A DNA stretch of 64,000 nucleotides from Corallochytrium limacisporum Hawaii (lineage: Eukaryota; Protista; Pluriformea): the NCBI GenBank assembly GCA_002811645.1, contig PDIP01000019.1:334465-398464 (forward strand), given 5' to 3'. Positions within the stretch are counted from its first letter, which is position 1. Each line of letters begins with the position of its first letter. Below the pieces are notes generated by a model. It was not told where the DNA came from and did no database searches. It saw nothing but the letters and a program-made list of their open reading frames with translations. A program made the position numbers and the translations under genes. Shown here in pieces: positions 33,088-43,700 of the stretch.

Positions 33088-35340
33088 TCACAGTCCCATC
33101 CAAGAACTACTGCCATTCACATTCTGGACGGCACTGAGGGGCAGGCCTTTGGCGTCGCAGAAGCACCATTCATACCACACGCGCTGGTGGTCGTGACGCC
33201 GCCAGATCTGCAGGTTAATCGACTCTCCTGCACTAAGGTGGATTGGATGGCGAATTGGAAAGAAGATCGGAAACCAACTGCTCATGCCGGCACTCATGGT
33301 CTGGGGCACCGTGGACATCAGCACTGCGGGATGTAGGCGCGATTCAAAGTAGCCAAGGAAGCCGTCCAATTGCACCTCCTGCGGTGCGGTGAAAGTAAGG
33401 CTACAGTGCCGCTCGTACTTCTCCTGTACGGACCAATCTTCGCCGGCTGCGGATCCAACAAGCGTAGACGGATGCGTGAAATCCCAGCACCGCTTGGCCT
33501 GATCAAACGTGTATGCGCACTGCGCCTTGACGACGTACGGAGTATCGTAGTTCTTGAAAGGTTCCCGCTGCGACGGCGCCACGAGGGCGTTCAGTGAATT
33601 GCGCAATTTTAGGGACATGACCGGTGCGGCGAAGGCAGTGTAGGACAACGGAACACTCTGTCCACGACCATCTTCGCGGAGCAAGTGGTACTCCGCAGAG
33701 TACAAGCACTCGGGAGACAGTTCATTGTCACCGAATGATCCGAGCAATTCGCTGACGAGCAGATCCGCCCGTTTGCCCTTAAGCTGCGGATGCATGCGTC
33801 GCATATCGGTTTCGATGACAGTGACCTTGCCATCCCACTCACGCTGATTGCGGTAGTTCAGAGTCGGCACCGCACCAGCATTCTTTTCTATGGCGAAGCA
33901 GGTAATTGGTACCCCTGTACTCTGGGAGGCGGTGAGAGCGGCGGCCACTAGAGGACCACGGCCTGCACCAACCACCATAACCATCACGGGTCGCTCGTTG
34001 ATCGGAACTGCAGGATCATCTCCCGAACTCAGCCCTTTCAGACAGTGTTCGATGGCATCTTTGTACAATTGGTACTTGATTGGATCCTGTTCAAAAACAG
34101 CATACGTCTGGCTCTGCAGATTATCACTCAATGGTTGTAAAGGTGCCTGCAGATAGTCCTCCCAACCGCCTGTGTTCTTGTGATACAGTTCCTGACGGCG
34201 CGCCTCTCGCAGATTGTGGCAAATGTAGTTGCAGTAGTCCTCGTGCAGAGCAGTAGGTTCATCCTCCAAAACCTCCTCATGTCCCCAACCGAGGACCTCA
34301 GACCGTTGGCTACTACGCAGAAACAGACGCGCTCCGTTCGGCATCAGACGCGCAATGACCTTTTGGTGGAACTGCGAGAGCACAGCGACGCCCTTGCGGT
34401 TTACGATAAACCGATCGGTGCAGATCTCAATTGCTCCGACGGGCTCTCCAGCCCACCGATCCATGGCCGCGGCAACATCAAAAGGAATTCCGTTCCGATC
34501 AATGGCCTCACTCTTGGTCTGTCCATGGGCAGGACCATTCAACACCACCCCCTTGAGGTCTTCGTGAAAGAGCAGTGTAGGCATGATGTGCGCATTGCCA
34601 CCGCTGGCAGTCTTGATGCTACTCCAAATATGCCAACTATGGATGTCATTGACCGGAAAGGTAATCCACATGCCAATCTCCCGCGTTCCAGTCATGGGTC
34701 CGAGAACACTGGCAATGATGCCAGGTATGTACTTTGGTGGACAGTTGGCCCAGTCCACACGTATAAGGATGCCTGCGCAACCGCAGTGCAGGGCCCAGTT
34801 AATGTCAGCAACCATACCCTTTTGCATTGCAGGGCCCCATAGGTCGTCCTCTGTTAGTGCCTTGCTGTTCTGTTGTCCTTCCTGCTTGGCACCTTCAAAT
34901 TTCTCTTGCTCATCGTTTTCTTTAGGATCCGTATGGTTTTGGTTGTTCTTCATGTCTGTGCTCTTGAACCAGGCATTGTTCTCGTCCTTCGCCCCAGTTG
35001 CTCCCGTTGGTCCGTTTGCGACTGCAGAAAGATCGAAGGGCTTCGGACGCCCAACATAACTGTGGCCGTTGACGCGATCCAGCACCCCATGCGGCTGTAC
35101 GGTGCCCGGTTTGTCCGGAGGGCCCACGTTCGGCCCACCATAGATCTCCGCAACGACCCGATCTGACCACTGGCGCGTATCCAGATCGAAATCGGCCGAG
35201 ACGCCTGACCTCCAGCGGTTAATGTGTTTACTGTCTGGATGGCACATTGGCAGAACTAAGAACGAGTAGCCCGCTGCCAAAGCATCATTGAGCACCCGCT
35301 TTGGGTCGGCATAACCACTGAGACATGCTCTACCAACCAT
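33088..35340 (-). CDS. PRMT5: Protein arginine N-methyltransferase 5
   Basis: EDYLQAPLQPLSDNL, YAVFEQDPIKY, VVGAGRGPLV, VSELLGSFGDNELSPECL, SWFPIFFP and VWYEW motifs. Confidence 0.96.
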   Translation of the reverse strand: MVGRACLSGYADPKRVLNDALAAGYSFLVLPMCHPDSKHINRWRSGVSADFDLDTRQWSDRVVAEIYGGPNVGPPDKPGTVQPHGVLDRVNGHSYVGRPKPFDLSAVANGPTGATGAKDENNAWFKSTDMKNNQNHTDPKENDEQEKFEGAKQEGQQNSKALTEDDLWGPAMQKGMVADINWALHCGCAGILIRVDWANCPPKYIPGIIASVLGPMTGTREIGMWITFPVNDIHSWHIWSSIKTASGGNAHIMPTLLFHEDLKGVVLNGPAHGQTKSEAIDRNGIPFDVAAAMDRWAGEPVGAIEICTDRFIVNRKGVAVLSQFHQKVIARLMPNGARLFLRSSQRSEVLGWGHEEVLEDEPTALHEDYCNYICHNLREARRQELYHKNTGGWEDYLQAPLQPLSDNLQSQTYAVFEQDPIKYQLYKDAIEHCLKGLSSGDDPAVPINERPVMVMVVGAGRGPLVAAALTASQSTGVPITCFAIEKNAGAVPTLNYRNQREWDGKVTVIETDMRRMHPQLKGKRADLLVSELLGSFGDNELSPECLYSAEYHLLREDGRGQSVPLSYTAFAAPVMSLKLRNSLNALVAPSQREPFKNYDTPYVVKAQCAYTFDQAKRCWDFTHPSTLVGSAAGEDWSVQEKYERHCSLTFTAPQEVQLDGFLGYFESRLHPAVLMSTVPQTMSAGMSSWFPIFFPIRHPIHLSAGESINLQIWRRHDHQRVWYEWCFCDAKGLPLSAVQNVNGSSSWMGL

Positions 35341-35405
35341 TCTTAGGACGGTGCTCCTTGTGTCTGTCTATTAGGTGTGGTTGGTCCCCCTGCAAGTATC
35401 TCTCC

Positions 35406-35783
35406 CTAACGGAAAAGCTTCAGTCCCTTGAAAAACGACTCCACTTCCGGCTTGTGATATGGGCGCGTGGCCAGTGCAGTCGAGATCTTCTCCGGCTCCT
35501 CAAGCCAACAATAGTGATCCACGGAATTCTGCTGCAGCTTGTTTACCAATTTTTTCAAGTTTTCTTCGCTCTCAATGCTGAGTACAATCTTGCGCATATG
35601 CGCCAGGTTGTCAGGGGCAATGTAGGCTTCTGTTTCGGGATGCTCCCGATATTTGGCCAACGCTGCTGTTGTGGCGTGACAGGCTTGTGCCAATAGGGCT
35701 CCGACGGGCCACTTGAGTTCTCCAGCAATTAAGTCCTTACGGACGACAACGTACTGTACCAATTGCACAGCACCACTGGACAT
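35406..35783 (-). CDS. PTRHD1: Peptidyl-tRNA hydrolase PTRHD1 (Pth2 family)
   Basis: LVQYVVVRKDL..WPVGALLAQACHA, MRKIVL and WLEEPE..TALATRPY motifs. Confidence 0.93.
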   Translation of the reverse strand: MSSGAVQLVQYVVVRKDLIAGELKWPVGALLAQACHATTAALAKYREHPETEAYIAPDNLAHMRKIVLSIESEENLKKLVNKLQQNSVDHYCWLEEPEKISTALATRPYHKPEVESFFKGLKLFR

Positions 35784-36315
35784 TATTCAACCTGATAACC
35801 CCAGGCTTATGACTCAAATGGTATGACGCAATAGATCGTCCATGGCTGTCCACAATCGTCCACGATCCATGTATCACTCTTATAGGTATGGGGTTGCTAC
35901 AGAGGCCTTAGCAGCCACGGCACACATGTGTCGACACGTTGACAGTCGAAGTAATTGAGAACGCATATATGCGCATCGACATGGGTCAGTGAGGAATACT
36001 CCTCTGCGCGGTGCTCGATGTGCACAAGAACGGTGCGTATAGATCTTGAATGTATGAAAAGTGACCTCGCGTGACTCCGACCCTTTATCTTGTCACCCTC
36101 TGTCCGAACCCCACAACAGCAGAGCCAGCACGGGGATTTCGAAGGTCTGTAGTATTGAAGCGCCGGCCCAGGGAAGCGGAAAGCGAGGGAAGGGGGGAGG
36201 GGCCTAAAGGGCCGGGTACGAAGCATAGGAAACAATGCGGAGCGAAGGCAACCTGCAGAAGGAAAAAAAATGAGAAGATTAGGGAAGGGGGAAGGTAAAT
36301 GGATGTGGGTGTGGG

Positions 36316-36540
36316 NNNNNNNNNNNNNNNNNNNNNNNNNNNNNNNNNNNNNNNNNNNNNNNNNNNNNNNNNNNNNNNNNNNNNNNNNNNNNNNNNNNNN
36401 NNNNNNNNNNNNNNNNNNNNNNNNNNNNNNNNNNNNNNNNNNNNNNNNNNNNNNNNNNNNNNNNNNNNNNNNNNNNNNNNNNNNNNNNNNNNNNNNNNNN
36501 NNNNNNNNNNNNNNNNNNNNNNNNNNNNNNNNNNNNNNNN
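36316..36540. other. Assembly gap (N run)
   Basis: Run of N in the sequence. Confidence 0.99.
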
Positions 36541-37254
36541 GGGGAGGGGAGGAGGAGCGAGAGAGGGGGTGGGGAAATGGTGGTGGTGGTGGTGAGGTGG
36601 TGTTTAGGGTTGCAAAAAGTTACAAATTGCTTCGAAACATACACCACAGAAATCTGGGAAACGCCAAAATAAAGTAGAAAAAGGGAGAGATACTCTTAAA
36701 AAAGGAATAAATCAGAATGGAAGAGAGAAGATAGAGAGAAAAAAGCAGGCAGGGGCCGGTTGGTGGGGGTAGCTGGAAAAGCTACCCGGTGGAGAGGAAA
36801 GATGCCGACACCGGTAGTCTCAGAGACGAACGAGAGATAGGAAGAGAGGGAGACACAGTGAGCGAGAGAGAAAGAGAGAGAGTGGGAGATCGCCAATCGC
36901 ACAGAGATTGGGCCGGGTACCGGTCTCGTTGAGAGCGGGAGTGCAGGTGGCTACCCCTTCCAACTTCTCTCAGTCTGGCGACCGTTAGTCGGTGGCTTTG
37001 CCATATCTGGGCTGTGGTTGTATGTTGGCTTTTGGGTTCCCTTCACTCTCTCTCCCATTTACCACCCCCCCTCTCCTGGGAGTGGGCCCTTCTCTTTTTC
37101 TTTTTCAAGGCCCATACATTCTTCGGCCAATTTATCGGTGACGCAACATAAAATTGGACTCCCCACACGCATAAATTACAAATATTAGCCGTATGTAAAA
37201 TATCTCGTGTCACTACAGCACTACATGTACATATTTTTTGCCCCTCGAGTTCTT

Positions 37255-37398
37255 GCCAATCTGAGCCCATGTGGTCATGGGTGCAGGCTTCAAACCTGTA
37301 GGTGTCTCGCAGGCACAGGGGTTCGATACCCAACGTATTTCGTCCCAGGATCTTACTGCCCGGGGGTGTAAAGTGGGCGAAATTCCTCCTGATTGGCG
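37255..37398 (+). tRNA. tRNA-Sec (anticodon UCA), eukaryotic 9/4 fold, with a 56-nt intron in the T-loop (exons 37255-37327 and 37384-37398)
   Basis: Acceptor stem GCCAATCTG/CTGATTGGC (9 positions, one U.U). D-arm CCCATG-TGGT-CATGGG (6 bp, 4-nt loop). Anticodon arm TGCAGG-CT-TCA-AA-CCTGTA, with the anticodon at 37290-37292. Long variable arm GTGTCT-CGC-AGGCAC. T-stem GGGG/CCTC (4 bp). Discriminator G at 37398. The spliced T-loop reads TTCGATT. Confidence 0.93.
37328..37383 (+). other. Non-canonical tRNA intron (position 59/60) with bulge-helix-bulge junctions
   Basis: GGGG-TTCG-[ATA]-CCCA ... TGGG-CGAA-[ATT]-CCTC: a 4-bp central helix flanked by two 3-nt bulges and two outer helices. Confidence 0.88.
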
Positions 37399-37403
37399 CC
37401 ACA

Positions 37404-37412
37404 TTTTTTTTT
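37404..37412 (+). terminator. RNA polymerase III oligo(dT) terminator of tRNA-Sec
   Basis: T9 run starting 6 nt after the discriminator base. Confidence 0.8.
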
Positions 37413-37792
37413 ATGTCCCTTTTTTTTTTTACTTCTTTTATGAAGGGTTTCCGGTTCTTTATGTGTCCGTGGACATGGAGAACGAGAGAAGGCAGATGGC
37501 GGCTGGCCGCCAAGGGCATTGCCCAAACCACTGGGACACTAAAGAAATCTCTGAACGGAACGAACATCTTGATGGGCGAAGGGAGTTTGTTGTGTATTCA
37601 TAAAACTAATGCAATTTCAACACATCTACAAAGCAAAAAGGCCAACGACAAATTGTGCAGATTTGGGCGAATGTTACACAATAAGCCGTCATGCTCTTCT
37701 TGGACATGCTTGAATTTGTGTTAAACTGATAAGTTGTGTTGATTTGGGGGTGGGTGGGTCTTGAAGTGATGTTTTCTGGTTTTCAATAAAAT

Positions 37793-40700
37793 TTACAGCC
37801 CCTTCCTGCCAAGGACACGGTAGCGCTGCTCGCGCAGACGTCCAAGGCGCAAGCGGGCGTCCTGCAGCTCACGCTCCAGGCGCAGGACCTCTGTCTGGAG
37901 ATCCTGTTCCTTGCGCATAAACTGCACCATAGACATGGGGGTGTCAGTGTCGAATTTGCCGGAGTCCTTAGTCTCGCGCTGGCGCACGGCTTCGACGAGA
38001 CGATCGGTGGCACCCTTGACCTTCTTGCCGGCACTGTGCAGATTCTGAGAGGTCTTTGCGTTCGGGTCAGCCTTGACCTGCTGGGCCACCAACAGCTGGG
38101 CAGTGCAGGCGGCAACATTGCGGGCGCAGGCAATCAGACGATCCTCGGGGATGTCACCTTCGGCAGCAACAATATCATTACCGACGGTACACAGATCCTT
38201 TGTGCCAGAAACAACGGCCTTGGCAGCGGATACGAGACCTTCAGACCACATGAGGTCCTCATTGTAGCGAGTGGAGCTCTTATCGACGGTAATCTTTCCA
38301 TCCTTGATCAGTTCCTTGTTGGCAGCAATGGCGCAAGTGACCAGGCCAGCACAGGCTTGGGCAATCGCCTGTGTGGCTCCAAGGAGCATGGATTCCATCT
38401 TGACATCGTATCCAAGATCTTCTGCCTTCACATTCTGCATTTCCGCTTCGCGGGACTCCTTGAGGGCCTTCATGTCACCAGCAGCGGCCTCGATAGCGGC
38501 CACCGCATCAGTTAGGCTCTGCTCGGCAATCTTCGCAGGATCGTCGGCGTCGTCCTCAAAGTCCTGGCCAGCCAAGCGACGGCACATGTCGTTGATGCGA
38601 CCAAAGGAGTTGGCGACGAGGCGCATGACAGTGGAGTGATCACCGTCCTTGACAGACTCCGTGAGATCACTGTTCAGTGCCTCAAGGAGATCACGCAGAC
38701 AAATACCTCCTTCCAAGACCACACGCTGTAGGTTGCGGCTGCTGTCATCTGTTTCACAGGACAGCATGACGCTGCGGCAGGTGTCGAGCATGTTCAGGGC
38801 ATTCTTGCGCACAGTATTGGAACGCTCAGCCACGTCCTTCACGCGGCCTTCCTCCACAGCCGCGGACAGCTTGGCAGCCTCGCGGCTGGCCGTGAAGGAG
38901 AAGCGCAGGAGCTCTTCAGGCTCTGCCTGTTGGGGCAGTTGCTGAAGAGAAGACTGGGGACCGGACGAAGTTGCGGCCTTCTCAAGGTCTGACATTCCCA
39001 ACTCGAGGGCATCGAGTGTGCCTTGGAGAGCGAGAGAGGCGCGCATGTTCTCATCGTCTAAGGAGCCAGACAGGTCGTTCAAGTTCTTGACCAGTGATGA
39101 CAGCTTGGCAGCAGCCTCTGCCAAAGAGCTTTCGTCATTTGCGGTGGCGCTGGTGCCCTTGGCGGTCACACTCTTAGCCTGAGCCATCACAGCAGACATA
39201 GCACCGCAGATGTCCTTGGCGGAGTTGAGCAGCAATTCCTTGGTGGATTGGTCGCCGTCATCGGTCAGACTGCGCACTGCAGTTTTGGTGGCAGCCACAA
39301 GAGAAACACAGACACTGCTGGAGTCGTTGGCGATCTTTTCTAGCTCGTCTTGGACGGTGGAAGAATCGGCGCTGACAACCTTGTTGGCACCAGAAGCGGC
39401 GACGGCCACATCATTCAGAGCGTTCCGCAACTTCACAGCCGCGTCAGCAGTGGGCATAACCTCACCTTCCTCATCGGCGAAGGAGCCAGCTGCCATAAAT
39501 AGTGTGGCGGTCGCCAGTTCGTTCATCAGATTGTTTAGACGGCCAATGGAGGTGTCACACGCAAGAGAGCCCTTCTGCGCTTTCTGCAAAGTCACCAACA
39601 CATTCTGAATGGCAGTCATCACTTCGTTAGAACGGTCACTGAAGCCACGGCGAACAGGTGAAGAGGTCGGGCTGGCAAACAACTTGGAAGCAGCTTCCGT
39701 CATTCCAACATACTTCATACCGAGGGCCTTGGTGTCAGCCAGGATGGCCTCCCGCAACTCGCCTGCCAGCTTGTCCTTAGCAGCGTACGCGTGCTGAGCC
39801 ACACTGGCAAACTTGACGTACCCCTGGGCAGCCTCACGGCAGGCCCGGGGCAATTGCTCCGGTGGTGCCATAAGCACACCACTGGTACCCTGACCAACGG
39901 TTTTAGCAGCTTTGAAGAGAGCGTCCACCAGGGAATAGTTCGCACCAAACCCGTGATCGTTACCCTCTGGTGTATCGGTGAGTGTAGCACCAGCACGGTT
40001 GATAGTGGTAATAATCTCACCAAAGACCTTAGCATTGTCACCAGCGGATTGCAACTGGGTCTCCAGGGTGGCTAAGCTGCGGCTGAGGTCCTTACCAGCT
40101 GCTTCCACCTGAGTGTGGGCCTTGCGGGCCGCACGATTACCACCGGATTCCTTGGTGGCATAAATGAGTTGCATGCCGGCCTCGAGGGAGGTCTTGGCAT
40201 GGGTGATGGACTTGGCTTGGAGGACCTTGTCAGTCGATGGCAGCAAAGAGCTATAGCCCACAGACATATCTGCCACGGCGCGCACGTTTGCCTGCAAAGA
40301 CACGACGGCATGACCTAGACGGTTGGGCTCACCCTTGGCAGCCACAGTGACATCCATGATATCCTGCTGGACATTGCTGATCGACTCCAGGAGCTGACTC
40401 ATGTAGCCATCAATGTCTTGATCTTCACGGGGTTCAAGTTCACCCATTGTCACTGCCAGCAAGGCACGATCCAGTTCAGTCATGGCCATAGTGATTTCAT
40501 CCATGGCCTCAGCGCACTGCTTCTGACCAGGAGCAGCATCCTGAATGCACTGCAGTACGTTGCGAACCACATCATTGATGCCCTTCGAGTACAGGTTCAT
40601 TGCATGCACAGGCGCAGATGATCCACTCTCCACTGCAGAGTTATCAGCGCCGCGCAGCCAACCCCGTAGTTCGTCGGTCAGGCCGTCAAATTGGTCGGTC

Positions 40701-43700
40701 AAACGGCCAGCAGTGTCAATAATGGGTTCCATGGCAGCACGTCCCTCAAAACCAATGACAGCTGCAGTGCCGCTGAATTCAGGTCCACTCAGGGCCTGGC
40801 TGACGTTCTCAACCTGTGCACTAAAGGCGTCCGCAGCCTCTGAAATTTGGTCACGAACTTCAGCGTTGTCACCGGAACCGATGGTCTTGATAGAGCTAAC
40901 AATGCGGCTGAGACCGCTAGCCAGTTCCTGAGCCCGGTCACGCAGGCTGTCGGCGGAGTAGGAGTTGTCCTTCTCCTCAATACTGTCAGCCGCAGCACGA
41001 ATCATCTGAATAAGCGTACCACCGTCAACAGTCATAGAGGTTGCAGCCTGCAGGAACTCATCTGTGGTGCGAGTCTGCTGGCGAAGCATTGTGCACTGGT
41101 CCTGCAGCTTAGAGGTCACGTTAGTGACGCGCTCCATGGCAATCAAACCTGGCACGGCAGCGGTGGAGGACGGATCAGCAATGGCAACCAGATAAGCAGA
41201 GTGAGCAGAGGCGGTGAGAATATCGGAGAGCTCACGAGCAGCTTCCAATAGACGCGGGCCAACCTCTTCTCGCTCACTATTGCGGACCTTATTGGTGATC
41301 TCATTGAGCATTTGCTGGGCATCCTTGGACTTGTCTCGAATGTTCGCAACGCAGTCGAAGTAAGCAGCATTGAGCTGAGGGTATTGGGCCTGGTGCAAAC
41401 GGTTTGCACCCGTGAGCACAATGTTCTGGGCCTCGTCACACTCACGCAGACCAGGGATGTCGCGGGCGATCAGAGAGGCCAGCAGACCGTTGATGCTCTC
41501 GCTCATCTCACGAGCAGCGACAGCAAGGGCGTTGGTTAGCTGAGGGGAGGTCGGATCGGTGACGCCAACTTTAGCAGTGTTCAGCAATTTGACTGTGGTG
41601 ACAGCCAAAGACGCGACATAGTCGATAATGTCATCCCGGGCCTTGGGGTCACTGCAGATGTGGGCCAGACCACAGGTGGCCAGGTATAGCTCCTCAAAGC
41701 TGTGGTAGACCTGGTTTGCACTGCGTGCCACAGCATCATGGCCCTCGTGGGCAGCTGTCTGGAGCTCAGTGGTCGCATTGCGGAAAGTGGCAGCCAGCTT
41801 GTTCACACGGGCGGTGAGATCATCGTAGCTGAGCTCACCATTCATGCCTACAACATTGGTGGTGTCTGCCTCTCCGCTGATGAGCTCGTTGATAGCAGCA
41901 ACTGCCTCATCCACGTCGCGGACACCAGGCAGATGTGGAATCATTCCCTTGAACAAAGCGCTCAGGGCAGCAGCAGCAGACTTCAGATTTTCAATCTCTT
42001 TAGGCTGGACGGCACCCTCACCTTGTTCTTGGTGCTTCTGCAGAGCCTTCTGTGCACCGACAACAACGGCGCTGGACTGATCAAGAATAGCCAACAGGCT
42101 CTCCATGATACGGCGTTTGTTCTCCATACCGAGCTCATCGTCGCTGTCCTCAGCAGCCGCAATGGCACGGATGTCGAGACTGAGTTGCTTGGAAGCGCCA
42201 GCAACATCACGGGCAAGCTGAGAGCCCAGACGATTATCGCCAGACTCAGCAGCAGCACAAAGCTGCGCCATGGCGGACCGCAGCATACGAGCAGTGGAAG
42301 TCAGGTTCGACACTGCAGCGTCACTGTCTTCTCCAGGCAGCACAAGCAATTTACCGTTGTCAATGGCCTCCAAGTTAGCATTGGCGTTGGCCTTGAGCTT
42401 CTGCAACTGTTGCACCGCTACGGCCATTTCCAAGGGCACACACATTTCCTGCGCCCCTTTAGCCATCTCGTTCAACGCATTGGCAGCTTTGGCGGATTCA
42501 AAAGCAGCTTGGTTCAAGGTGACAGCAGACGCACGGTCCTCAATGGCAGGTCCACAGGACTTCGAGGTTTGCACAGCCCGTAGGGTTGGTACAATGGCCT
42601 CCAGGCAGGCACTGACGAGATTCAGGTGGCCTCCAGCATCGTCCATGTCATTTTCAAAACCATCGATGGCATCAATGAGCTGAGCACAAGTGGTACCGTT
42701 TTCCTTGAGCACAGCGGTCATCTGCTGCATCAGGTGCGGGTAACGGATCTTGTTAAGCATAGTGTTGGCTGTAGTGCCGAGATCAGTGTTGCGACCGTGC
42801 AACTGACGAGCACATTCAGCAAGATTGCGCATGACGCGCTTGCGCATGACATCCTCAGCAGCAGCAAAGGCAGCATCCTTGACCTTGTATGCGGCAGATT
42901 TGAGGTCAGCTTGGGCATCGGGGTCGTTGGGATCAACATGGGCTTCGCGAATGGCGGCGATAAGGCCAGAGGTTGCATCTGCAATACTCTTGGCAGCGCC
43001 CAGAAGGCGACTTTTCTCGTCGTCCCCGTCGGCCAGGTTCTCAGTGCGGGTCTTCAGGTTGGCAACCAGGACACCGGCAGCGCTGCCCATGACCTTGGCA
43101 GCCTCTACCATGCCACGAGTGTTACCCAGAGAGTCAATGAGTCTGTCGCAGCCGGTGACAATGTCGTTGCAGGCACGCTCCACCTCGCTCTCGGGGGTGG
43201 CAGTAACTTGACCACCGTCCTCGGCGGCTTGACCGAGATTTTCCAGAGCGTTCTTGAGGTCCTTTGCGGCAGACAAAAGACCACCAGAGTCATCACCAGA
43301 AAGCATGTTTGTGTCGCAAAGTTGAAGAGCCTCCTCCAAGGATTGCTCCACAGCACGAATAGCAGCCATCAGCTTCTGCTGAGCTACTTCAGAATGCAGC
43401 ACTGGGGTCAGCAGTTTGCTGATGGCAGCAAGGTCACTGCAACGCTGGCTAAGATCCTTGGCGCAGTCGATGAGACGGCTCTGCTCGAGAGGGTCATCAC
43501 AGGCAGAGGCAGACTGCTTAAGAGCGGTAAGCATGGCCTGACCGCGGGCAACCAAAGCCTTGCTCAAGTCGTGCATGCCCTTAACGTTGTCAGGGGTCAT
43601 GTGTTGACGACCACCCATGCGACTGAACAGCACCTGAGTGGCCTTACCAAGGCCTACGGCTGAAGCCAGCATTTCCATGCGTCCCATAGTCTCGTTATCG

